Virus record (IMG/VR): IMGVR_UViG_3300013132_000021 | From: a virus | Reading direction: 5' to 3' (one strand) | Length of the DNA: 64,000 nucleotides | In this document: positions 1 through 7,092 of the stretch, piece by piece | How the letters are laid out: the number at the start of each line of letters is the position of its first letter | Numbering within the stretch: position 1 is the first letter of the stretch | Translations under genes and position numbers: made by a program | Notes under the pieces: generated by a model | Seen by the model: the letters and a program-made list of their open reading frames with translations, nothing else | What the model was told of the DNA's origin: nothing | Database searches by the model: none

Positions 1-4
1 TGCT

Positions 5-208
5 GTGGGTAATGCTGTTATGGGATTTAGCGCAAATTGGACTGAGAAGACTAGCAAGCAGAACACGCAGAGGCGCAGTGTGTGCTGGATGGTGGGGGAC
101 AGCGAACGTGCGGCTAAACGCATTAAGGCTGCTTTTGCTGCTGCGGGCTATGCTAACAGGGTGAACGCACGTGGTATATATGTGCGTGTAATAGCTGACT
201 TAGCGTAA
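5..208 (+). CDS. hypothetical early protein (probably 5'-truncated by the window edge)
   Basis: Open frame at the window start, same strand as the following early cluster. Confidence 0.5.
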   Translation: MGNAVMGFSANWTEKTSKQNTQRRSVCWMVGDSERAAKRIKAAFAAAGYANRVNARGIYVRVIADLA

Positions 209-227
209 GGGTCTTTAGCACAGCAGG

Positions 228-256
228 TTGACATTTTGGCTAGGCTGTGCTATAAT
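228..256 (+). promoter_or_regulatory. sigma70-type early promoter (perfect consensus)
   Basis: TTGACA (228-233), 17-nt spacer, TGcTATAAT (-10 at 251-256); AAGGAG RBS before the ATG at 289. Confidence 0.9.
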
Positions 257-288
257 ACACACATACACTGCAAAACAAGGAGCGTGAC

Positions 289-555
289 ATGAACATCTCA
301 ACCCTGGAAGCACTGGTAGAAGATTTGAATCGTTGGGGAGCAGTATTTGGCTCTAGGCCCTTGAGCCTGCTCAACCCCCGGGATCGCCAGAAGATCGCTG
401 AACACATCGACCAGAGGCTGTCACCCGAGAACCTCAGCTGTGACGGGGAACTGAGCAGAACAGAAGCGAACCGCCGCTACCGTGAGTTGAACCGTGCGGC
501 CCGTGAACTGATCAGCATCGATCCCTCAGTTAAGTTCTACGAATACTCAGAGTAA
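289..555 (+). CDS. hypothetical early phage protein
   Basis: 88 aa, strong promoter and RBS; LSPENLSCDGE motif. Confidence 0.8.
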   Translation: MNISTLEALVEDLNRWGAVFGSRPLSLLNPRDRQKIAEHIDQRLSPENLSCDGELSRTEANRRYRELNRAARELISIDPSVKFYEYSE

Positions 556-563
556 ATACTATC

Positions 564-947
564 ATGATCATAGAATTCCTCGTAGCATTCGCCCTGGGCT
601 GTTGGGTCGGTTCCGCAGTGAGCCGAGCCTGGATGAGCCTATCATTCCGCGAGATACTCAGAGACCTAGGCGTCACTGAGCAGCAACTGAGAGGCCTCGC
701 CCAAAAGAATGGTATTGGAGTGCCTGTGGAAAACCCCCGGGACTCGATCACGGGCGAAGTCACCCTAACACCCATGGAGATCCGCATCGAAGAACACAAC
801 GGTTGTCTCTACGCTTACAGGCTCAAGGATCATTACTTCCTAGGCCAGGGTGAAGATCGCGAGCAACTGATAGAGCGGCTCAAAGAAAACCTAACCAATG
901 TGCGCCTGATCATCTCAGAGGATAACGGCGCTAAACTGATCAAATGA
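564..947 (+). CDS. hypothetical protein with N-terminal membrane anchor
   Basis: 127 aa, hydrophobic N-terminus; TAAATA box 5 nt upstream of the ATG. Confidence 0.75.
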   Translation: MIIEFLVAFALGCWVGSAVSRAWMSLSFREILRDLGVTEQQLRGLAQKNGIGVPVENPRDSITGEVTLTPMEIRIEEHNGCLYAYRLKDHYFLGQGEDREQLIERLKENLTNVRLIISEDNGAKLIK

Positions 948-1024
948 TCCTGCTAGGTCGCTGGTTAGCACTGATCTGCACCCTGGGATTCTGGGCAGCA
1001 TTCTACTGGCTCGTCGTGGCATAA
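944..1024 (+). CDS. 26-aa single-pass membrane micropeptide (not in ORF track)
   Basis: ATGA overlap with the previous stop; MILLGRWLALICTLGFWAAFYWLVVA*. Confidence 0.5.
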   Translation: MILLGRWLALICTLGFWAAFYWLVVA

Positions 1025-1041
1025 ACGCAACACCATTTTGG

Positions 1042-1070
1042 TTGACAATTTGGTTCATCGGTGCTATACT
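1042..1070 (+). promoter_or_regulatory. sigma70-type promoter, leaderless
   Basis: TTGACA-17-TATACT, then 6 nt to the ATG at 1077. Confidence 0.8.
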
Positions 1071-1076
1071 GTTGTT

Positions 1077-1304
1077 ATGATGATAGAAACAAACTCGTTG
1101 AAATGGCTGGGCACTGCGTTTACCATCGTGGGCGCACTCTTAACCAGCCTGGGCCATTGGGATCCCCTGAACGTGATCGCATTCAACCTGGGAGCGGCGT
1201 TTTGGCTTTGGGCCGCAGTTCGCATGCGGGAACTATCGTTGATCACAGTCAACGCCGTGCTGTTGACAATCTATGCGTTTGGTAGTATACTAAGACTAAG
1301 TTAA
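1077..1304 (+). CDS. small 3-TM membrane protein
   Basis: Three hydrophobic segments (LKWLGTAFTIVGALL..., AFNLGAAFWLWAA..., LITVNAVLLTIYAFG); start reassigned to the ATG after the promoter. Confidence 0.75.
   Translation: MMIETNSLKWLGTAFTIVGALLTSLGHWDPLNVIAFNLGAAFWLWAAVRMRELSLITVNAVLLTIYAFGSILRLS
1263..1291 (+). promoter_or_regulatory. sigma70-type promoter embedded in the 3' end of the upstream CDS
   Basis: TTGACA-17-TATACT; AAGGAG RBS before the ATG at 1322. Confidence 0.8.
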
Positions 1305-1321
1305 CAAAGGAGCGAACTAAA

Positions 1322-1489
1322 ATGGACCAAGAATTTGAGCAGCAACTAGAGCAAGAAGGCTACCGGGTCTGGGCAGTGGACGGCCGGTTCCTGCTCATAG
1401 ATGTGTTGGGTGAGTTCATAGACTCTGAGCACGACTCCCTGGAGTCTGTGCGAGAGTACTGTGCTAAGAACGTGTTTACTTTTTACTAA
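1322..1489 (+). CDS. 55-aa hypothetical protein (not in ORF track)
   Basis: MDQEFEQQLEQEGYRVWAVDGRFLLIDVLGEFIDSEHDSLESVREYCAKNVFTFY*, with its own promoter and RBS. Confidence 0.75.
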   Translation: MDQEFEQQLEQEGYRVWAVDGRFLLIDVLGEFIDSEHDSLESVREYCAKNVFTFY

Positions 1490-1499
1490 GGAGACTGGG

Positions 1500-1691
1500 A
1501 TGAAGACTTCCTCAGCAGCGGTGATGGGCTTCCTGGGATTGCTCATGGTGTTTGGCGCGGTGGGCGGCATGGAAGATCCCACCAAGATGGACTATTTCGT
1601 GGAGCAACTGGCCGTGGCCCTAACAGGACTTGGTCTGATGTTCTGCTCAACACTGGGCCTACAGAATTCCCCGTACTGGGACGAAAGGTAA
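1500..1691 (+). CDS. small 2-TM membrane protein
   Basis: AAGGAG RBS, then ATG at 1500; two hydrophobic helices. Confidence 0.7.
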   Translation: MKTSSAAVMGFLGLLMVFGAVGGMEDPTKMDYFVEQLAVALTGLGLMFCSTLGLQNSPYWDER

Positions 1692-1695
1692 TAGG

Positions 1696-1932
1696 ATGAT
1701 CACCATCGCGGGACTCACCCCGAGGCAGCAGCAGCTCTGTGAGTTGATGTGGTCATGCAGGGATCTTGAACAGGTCAGGGCTCTGATCCGTGCCCTACCC
1801 ACTAGGGAAGATCAGCAGCAGGCAGAGACTCTGATGCAGGTTATCATACAGGAAACACTGGAAGACGAAGGAGCTCTAGATGACTACAGCCAAGACTGTG
1901 CTGATGTTATTGATCGTGTTCGCAGCGGTTAG
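1696..1932 (+). CDS. hypothetical protein
   Basis: 78 aa, tightly packed in the early operon. Confidence 0.7.
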   Translation: MITIAGLTPRQQQLCELMWSCRDLEQVRALIRALPTREDQQQAETLMQVIIQETLEDEGALDDYSQDCADVIDRVRSG

Positions 1933-2089
1933 CACACAGGGCTGCGCTACCCGTGATCCCAGAGATGCGCCTTGGGATCCCAAACCTGGTGTCAACCTAT
2001 TCGATCAGATCCCCAATGAGATCTCAGCCCACCGTCGCTGCTGCGGACATCTTCGAAGCTGTGCTCCAGGACAGACTCCGAGGTGTTGA
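1880..2089 (+). CDS. putative small lipoprotein
   Basis: AAGGAG RBS; hydrophobic signal ending in TQG-C (lipobox-like); Cys-rich C-terminus. Confidence 0.55.
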   Translation: MTTAKTVLMLLIVFAAVSTQGCATRDPRDAPWDPKPGVNLFDQIPNEISAHRRCCGHLRSCAPGQTPRC

Positions 2090-2254
2090 GGCCATGGTGG
2101 GGGGCAGGGGCCGACCGGTATAGCACTGTATGTGCGTACTGTAGTTTACAGTTGGTATGGTCTAAAATCACCACCCAAGAAACATAAGTACTCCACCCAA
2201 TTTTTTTGCGCAGCGATTTTTATCTGCTAGGACCCCTTTGGCATAATTACATAT

Positions 2255-2437
2255 GTGTTACAATACTACATTCTAAATCTAGATCCCCACTTACCTGCCG
2301 TCATAGACTTCATACAACAGCACAGTTTACCACATGAAATCCACCTAAATCGCACACGCTTTTGGGTTCCACCTGGGCCCATATACACAGAGTTTGCTCT
2401 GCGCTGGAGTGGAATTTGTCCACCGGTCGATGACTAA
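2255..2437 (+). CDS. hypothetical protein, paralogue of 2506-2703
   Basis: GTG start 5 nt after TAATTA; shares E[IM]HLNR[TA]R.xVP...I[YH]TEF.LR with the next ORF. Confidence 0.75.
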   Translation: MLQYYILNLDPHLPAVIDFIQQHSLPHEIHLNRTRFWVPPGPIYTEFALRWSGICPPVDD

Positions 2438-2505
2438 GTACTCCTAGGATTTTTTTTGCGCGGCCAAATTTTACCCCTCTAAAACCTTTTTCTAGTATAT
2501 ACACT

Positions 2506-2703
2506 ATGCTTAGACAGTATGCAGTATACACTCAAGATCCCCAGTTCTTAGAGTTTATTAGCCAGTTTATTCGACAATATAATCTACGCTGCGAAATGCA
2601 CCTAAATCGTGCTCGTGTACTAGTTCCCAGTCAATCTACTATACACACAGAGTTCTTACTACGCTTCCCTCAAGCTGAAGATCTAGGCACCTGGCGAGAG
2701 TAA
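2506..2703 (+). CDS. hypothetical protein, paralogue of 2255-2437
   Basis: EMHLNRARVLVPSQSTIHTEFLLRF aligns with EIHLNRTRFWVPPGPIYTEFALRW. Confidence 0.75.
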   Translation: MLRQYAVYTQDPQFLEFISQFIRQYNLRCEMHLNRARVLVPSQSTIHTEFLLRFPQAEDLGTWRE

Positions 2704-2791
2704 AATCCCATTTTTAAATTTTTTGCGCGGCCAATTTTTTTGATCTGTAGACCCTTTTCAGCTATATATTTTTTTAAGAAAGGATCCTATC

Positions 2792-3001
2792 ATGGATGCA
2801 CAGCACTACCTAGTCTGCGCAGTTCGCACAAATGAAGCGGGTCAAGAGGAAGCCAGTTTGGACGGTTTCATCCAAAACTGCGATCTCCGCGCCGCACAGC
2901 AGTATTTCGCCCAGAAAAAGCTGAAAACCAGCAAGTTCGAAAGATCACACAGCCACACAGCACCTATACGTCTGTTTCAATTAGTAGAAGTTAAATCGTA
3001 G
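2792..3001 (+). CDS. hypothetical protein
   Basis: AAGGA RBS, 69 aa. Confidence 0.65.
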   Translation: MDAQHYLVCAVRTNEAGQEEASLDGFIQNCDLRAAQQYFAQKKLKTSKFERSHSHTAPIRLFQLVEVKS

Positions 3002-3003
3002 AT

Positions 3004-3045
3004 GATAAAACCCAAGTGCGATCTTGATTGTATTTGGGTTTTATC
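3004..3045 (+). promoter_or_regulatory. long intergenic RNA hairpin
   Basis: GATAAAACCCAAGTGCGAT/ATTGTATTTGGGTTTTATC forms a 19-bp stem with three G-U pairs and a CTTG loop. Confidence 0.7.
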
Positions 3046-3059
3046 TTTAGGATACACTT

Positions 3060-3248
3060 ATGAATGAACGAGAACAACGGTTATTCGATCTGGGACAGAA
3101 TTTTCCAGGTCTGCTCACGGATGAGGAACTCACAGAGTGGGCTAGATTGCGTGATCGTAGGGAAACTGAGCCTTCACAAGCAGAGCAGGCGCAGTGGTCC
3201 GAGATCATGATCATCATGGCAGCACTCTTGGCCCTTATCGCTCTGTGA
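3060..3248 (+). CDS. hypothetical protein with C-terminal TM helix
   Basis: 62 aa ending IMIIMAALLALIAL. Confidence 0.65.
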   Translation: MNEREQRLFDLGQNFPGLLTDEELTEWARLRDRRETEPSQAEQAQWSEIMIIMAALLALIAL

Positions 3249-3251
3249 TCT

Positions 3252-3455
3252 ATGCGACTGTTATATCAGACACTGACTCTAGCACCTGCGCCCATATTCC
3301 TACTAGGGTTCGTTTACAGCCTACTCAACATCACACACACGCCCATGTGCGGCTCGCACAGTTGGGAAATGCCCGTGATGTGGTTCACCATGTTTCTAGC
3401 GCACTCGGTCAGTTGGGTCATGTGGCTGCAACAGCGAAACTTTACCCGGAATTGA
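3252..3455 (+). CDS. small 2-TM membrane protein
   Basis: 67 aa, two hydrophobic segments flanking MCG; starts 3 nt after the previous stop. Confidence 0.65.
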   Translation: MRLLYQTLTLAPAPIFLLGFVYSLLNITHTPMCGSHSWEMPVMWFTMFLAHSVSWVMWLQQRNFTRN

Positions 3456-3632
3456 AAAACAGCAGTGATATACGCCCTGCAGCACTGCCCATGATTCCCA
3501 GTAGTAGCATTCCACTAGATCCTGTCTGTCCGTGGGCAACCACACTAGATCGCAGATCTTGATCACACCACGAGGACCCTGTATGGTCACTGTGGTGTTG
3601 TATTCTCCGGTGGTGGTCAACACGGTCAGCAT
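3396..3632 (-). CDS. hypothetical protein
   Basis: TAAGTA box 5 nt upstream of the ATG on the minus strand; fills an otherwise empty gap. Confidence 0.45.
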   Translation of the reverse strand: MLTVLTTTGEYNTTVTIQGPRGVIKICDLVWLPTDRQDLVECYYWESWAVLQGVYHCCFSIPGKVSLLQPHDPTDRVR

Positions 3633-3644
3633 GTAAATACTTAT

Positions 3645-3905
3645 GTGCTGATAGTGTATCTAGAACTATTCCACACACCGCAGGCGGAGTTATTGATCAC
3701 TTGGCGGGGCTCTGTGCGTTATTGGCCCAGATCATATGCCTACACTGATCGCCACAATGCAGGCATCCCCACAGATTGGTGGCTGCTGTTTTCCAATCAC
3801 TGGTACGCAGATATATGGCTCTTGAAGTATCCTGAACAATCGCGTATCATAAGAACACTGTTTGACGAAGACATTTCTTCCTCTACTATTCAGCACCGTA
3901 GTTGA
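3645..3905 (+). CDS. hypothetical protein
   Basis: GTG start 5 nt after TAAATA; Trp-rich, 86 aa. Confidence 0.6.
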   Translation: MLIVYLELFHTPQAELLITWRGSVRYWPRSYAYTDRHNAGIPTDWWLLFSNHWYADIWLLKYPEQSRIIRTLFDEDISSSTIQHRS

Positions 3906-3924
3906 AAACTTCCGGGGCCACAGA

Positions 3925-4020
3925 AAATCGCTACCGTTTTTGCGCTCTGCGCTGCTGCGCAGCTTACTTCGTAATTTTTGCGCTTACGCTTCGCTAAAAA
4001 AATTTCGCGCTCCGCTGCTA
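3925..4020. repeat. low-complexity CGCT/T-tract repeat region
   Basis: TTTTTGCGCT twice (3937, 3975), GCTGCGCAGC palindrome, CGCTTACGCTTCGCT, AAAAAAATTTCGCGC. Confidence 0.6.
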
Positions 4021-4067
4021 GTATTTCAAGATCTCTCGATCTTCAAACATGGGATCATAAATATCTC

Positions 4068-4331
4068 ATGCTTAAAAAGATCATAGATTTCATATTTCCT
4101 CCTCCCCGCAGTGACTTCAGCCATTTGATTGAAGGTGTCTATGCTGATCAATACACTGACGACCGTGTGCGCACAGAGATCGCACGGGCCTATCAGCAGC
4201 GTTGGGATCCAGAATCACAACCTCAAACTCCAGCCACCCATCCCCAGCTGTTTGACCCACTGGCACCACCTCCAGGCTGGCGCTATGATGCCTACTATGA
4301 ATGCTGGTTAAAATTTGGAGACGCAGAATGA
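4068..4331 (+). CDS. hypothetical protein
   Basis: TAAATA-TCTC-ATG; ends FDPLAPPPGWRYDAYYECW. Confidence 0.7.
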   Translation: MLKKIIDFIFPPPRSDFSHLIEGVYADQYTDDRVRTEIARAYQQRWDPESQPQTPATHPQLFDPLAPPPGWRYDAYYECWLKFGDAE

Positions 4332-4681
4332 ATATAGAACAGATCATATGGGCCAACATAGCCTTTGTCATATTGATCGGCATAGTCTACACACACTCAA
4401 GTTGGCGGAAAATCCGTGACTGCTATGGTATGTGGTTTACTCGTGCGTATTGGACAGACTATAATACTGTGGAATTTCTAAGTTGGGCTGCTAAAGCAGT
4501 GATCATCGTGCCTGGCTTGATCTTTGGCATACAGCTATGGTGGTTGTTTTTCCTAACTCTAGGAACCAGTCTTGCACTTATCTGGGCATCAAACAAAAAA
4601 CTCTTGCCCACACTGGTGGGATTTAACACTATCTGGGTTTGGATCAGCTGCATGGTATTATCGCAGCATTTGGGTAAATAA
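4328..4681 (+). CDS. multi-pass membrane protein
   Basis: ATGA-coupled to the previous gene; about four hydrophobic segments. Confidence 0.75.
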   Translation: MNIEQIIWANIAFVILIGIVYTHSSWRKIRDCYGMWFTRAYWTDYNTVEFLSWAAKAVIIVPGLIFGIQLWWLFFLTLGTSLALIWASNKKLLPTLVGFNTIWVWISCMVLSQHLGK

Positions 4682-4685
4682 TATC

Positions 4686-4892
4686 ATGCAACAGTATATT
4701 CTACCCATGGCCCGTAATCTACGCACAGGGCAAACAGTGAAGACACAGGATCTCAGCGGTCTGAGATACACGCTGCAACAACGTGTGTTGGCAGAGTCCG
4801 CAGCCGATCAATGCGCAGCCAAAATGACAGCTCGCACAGGTGACACTTGGCAGGGCTTTGTGCGAGAATACACTCCCCGCGAACGCACCTAA
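4686..4892 (+). CDS. hypothetical protein
   Basis: TAAATA-ATATC-ATG; 68 aa. Confidence 0.7.
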   Translation: MQQYILPMARNLRTGQTVKTQDLSGLRYTLQQRVLAESAADQCAAKMTARTGDTWQGFVREYTPRERT

Positions 4893-5327
4893 TTATCTGT
4901 ACAGATAGTTCACTGTGTCAGGGTTTTCTTGGAAAACTTCTGCACCGTTCTTAAGGTGGAATCTGCGAGCCATTTCCGTTTTCGGGCTCAGTGTCACGTA
5001 GGTAGTGACGTCAGGCTGATCCTGTCGTATTCGGGCCTGTGCTTCTTTAATCAAACGTCGGCCCGCACCTTCAGCATATGACCATATGGTGTAGAATACC
5101 GCGGTATTGGTGTTCACAGCCGCTTCGGCTAGATCGTCCACGGTCTGGGGTATGTCGCTGAGGAATTTCACGCAGGTCACAGCCAGGGGCTGATCTAGAT
5201 CGTCTTTGAGCACGTAGATCTGACTGTTTTCATTTACCCGAAATTCCAAGGGCAGTTCCGGACGCACTGGATCGTCTTTGATCAGTGTTAATAGGTTGTC
5301 TTGTAGATCTCGTATGATGTGTAACAT
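4893..5327 (-). CDS. GNAT-like acetyltransferase
   Basis: AVFYTIWSYAEGAGRRLI (acetyl-CoA motif A-like) and TLSPKTEMARRFHLKNGA (motif B-like). Confidence 0.6.
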   Translation of the reverse strand: MLHIIRDLQDNLLTLIKDDPVRPELPLEFRVNENSQIYVLKDDLDQPLAVTCVKFLSDIPQTVDDLAEAAVNTNTAVFYTIWSYAEGAGRRLIKEAQARIRQDQPDVTTYVTLSPKTEMARRFHLKNGAEVFQENPDTVNYLYR

Positions 5328-5401
5328 GATTCGTGCCCAATGGTATTAAGTGCGTATTTATCGATCAGCCAAAAAAACCGTGATTTTGACATCTACGACC
5401 A

Positions 5402-5430
5402 TTGACTGAGTAAATATTATACTGTATAAT
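5402..5430 (+). promoter_or_regulatory. sigma70 promoter with a nested late TAAATA box
   Basis: TTGACT-17-TATAAT with TAAATA inside the spacer; AAGGAG RBS. Confidence 0.75.
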
Positions 5431-5464
5431 ATATACATCGTCAACTAAGAAGGAGTCCAAATAT

Positions 5465-6139
5465 ATGTTTGCAACAGATACTATTCGTTCTGCCGCAGAA
5501 ATCAATTCAGCAATGGGACGGGTCTATGGTCACATGATGCTAGCGGTGTTGATCAGCATGGTCGCTTCAATGGCCGTGGCCTCTAGCGGAGCACTGATGG
5601 CAGTGTTGTTCGGAACTGCGCTGAAATGGGTCATAATCTTCGCACCTTTGGTCGCTATTTTAGGCATGAGCTTGGCCTACGAACGCATGACCAAAACTAC
5701 CTTACAGCTATTGCTGTACGGGTTTGCGGTGTTAATGGGTCTGAGTTTTGCCACTATATTCGTGGTATACAGTCTAGGGTCTATCGGGTCAGCGTTCATG
5801 GGTGCTGCCATACTGTTCGGAACATTGAGCTTTTATGGTTATTTCACTAAAAAGGATCTGAGCTCATGGGGTGGGTTCTTGCTGGTGGGTCTAATCGCAG
5901 TGATATTGGCCAGTATCGTTAATATCTTTATTGGTAGCTCTGCACTGGCCATGACAGTGTCAGCGATCGCTATACTGGTGTTCTTAGGGCTTACTGCCTA
6001 CGATACCCAACGTATCCGTGAACTGGTTACCTATGAAAATGATGGTAAGATGGAAGTCATGGGCGCACTGAGTCTGTATCTAAACTTCATCAACATTTTC
6101 CTCAGCTTGCTACAGTTGTTTGGAAATAGAAACGACTAA
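5465..6139 (+). CDS. Bax inhibitor-1/YccA family membrane protein
   Basis: 7 TM helices; YGYFTKKDLS, GLTAYDTQRI and ALSLYLNFINIFLSLLQLFG signatures. Confidence 0.9.
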   Translation: MFATDTIRSAAEINSAMGRVYGHMMLAVLISMVASMAVASSGALMAVLFGTALKWVIIFAPLVAILGMSLAYERMTKTTLQLLLYGFAVLMGLSFATIFVVYSLGSIGSAFMGAAILFGTLSFYGYFTKKDLSSWGGFLLVGLIAVILASIVNIFIGSSALAMTVSAIAILVFLGLTAYDTQRIRELVTYENDGKMEVMGALSLYLNFINIFLSLLQLFGNRND

Positions 6140-6852
6140 TCTAAAACATTAGTCTGCTGTTCTAGAGAGAGCTCGGCGTCTTCCAGCTCTCTTATTTTTT
6201 CTGTGATTTGGTCAATTAACCCTAGATTGCGCAGGATTTTGAACACTAGATTTTCCACTGACCACTCCCCGGCACGAGCCAGTCCGGCCTTGCGCATTTC
6301 TGTGATACGTTCTTTGACTCGACGCATGCGTTCAAGATCTCGGCTGAGCAGAGCAGTTTCTATGTCGTGGATCATACTATCCTTTTTCCGTTCTACAGCA
6401 CTGTCATCTACTTCTGGTTTGATTTTCTTAGGTTCAACCAGCCATCGATCTTTAGCTATGCTAAACACACCAGTGCTGTGGTGTTCTTCTTCCTCTCCCT
6501 GTACATAACATTCTACAGGTAATCCCTTGACTGTGATGGTGTGCTGTTCTGCCCACAGTGCCTTTTTGGCGTTGTAGAGTTCACGCTCTGCGTCAGTGAC
6601 CGTGCCTTTGACGATTAGATGAAGATCTAGATCTGAGTGCTCAGTCCAGGTATAATTGGCATTCGATCCAGTTATGGTATAGTCCGTGACCGGCAGATCT
6701 ATGCCTATGAATTTTTCAAAGGCTTCTGCTATGTCTTGTAGTTTTGCACTGACTTCTAGATCCAGCTTACCGTCGTGCCACAGTTTAGGGTTTAGACGGC
6801 GATTTACAGTGACCAGCTGTGATGATGATTCTTCAAGTTCTCTTAGACGCAT
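6136..6852 (-). CDS. Pol-beta superfamily nucleotidyltransferase
   Basis: hGS...DxD motif (ITGSNANYTWTEHSDLDLHL) plus third acidic residue in PVECYVQ; helical C-terminus. Confidence 0.7.
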   Translation of the reverse strand: MRLRELEESSSQLVTVNRRLNPKLWHDGKLDLEVSAKLQDIAEAFEKFIGIDLPVTDYTITGSNANYTWTEHSDLDLHLIVKGTVTDAERELYNAKKALWAEQHTITVKGLPVECYVQGEEEEHHSTGVFSIAKDRWLVEPKKIKPEVDDSAVERKKDSMIHDIETALLSRDLERMRRVKERITEMRKAGLARAGEWSVENLVFKILRNLGLIDQITEKIRELEDAELSLEQQTNVLD

Positions 6853-6855
6853 CCA

Positions 6856-7092
6856 TTATTTAGCCCACATCAAGTGGTAAGCAGCCATCAACTTGGTGTC
6901 ATAGAATTCTGCTACTAACTGGCAATACATGTCCGTGCGTTCTAAGATCAGTTGACACTGTGAGCGGTCTTGTTGCAAGAGCCAATTGGTATGATCTACA
7001 CCTATGGTTTTATGCACCTTGGGCCAATCAATTTCAATGTTTTCGCCCTCAGCGGGCAGCCACTTTAACAGCTCAATCTTAGATGTCTTCAT
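6856..7092 (-). CDS. hypothetical protein
   Basis: 78 aa, overlaps the helicase stop. Confidence 0.65.
   Translation of the reverse strand: MKTSKIELLKWLPAEGENIEIDWPKVHKTIGVDHTNWLLQQDRSQCQLILERTDMYCQLVAEFYDTKLMAAYHLMWAK

Larger units (their letters stand above)
2185..2768 (+). repeat. three dispersed ~65-nt intergenic repeats with a TTTTT(TT)GCGC core
   Basis: TAAGTACTCC..TTTTTTTGCGCAGCGATTTT (2185-2220), TAAGTACTCC..TTTTTTTGCGCGGCCAAATTTT (2435-2472) and TTTTTTGCGCGGCCAATTTT (2719-2738); each is followed by ACC(C)TTT and a TA..TA box. Confidence 0.8.

Noticed and set aside
2096-2110. G-quadruplex at GGTGGGGGGCAGGGG
   Set aside because: It does not provide four clean G3 tracts; kept only as part of the junction finding.
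2185-2790. Regularly spaced repeats as a CRISPR array
   Set aside because: The units are degenerate, ~250 nt apart and separated by protein-coding ORFs; there are no cas genes.
3002-3067. 21-aa ORF MIKPKCDLDCIWVLSLGYTYE over the hairpin
   Set aside because: Very short with no RBS; the sequence is better explained by the RNA stem.
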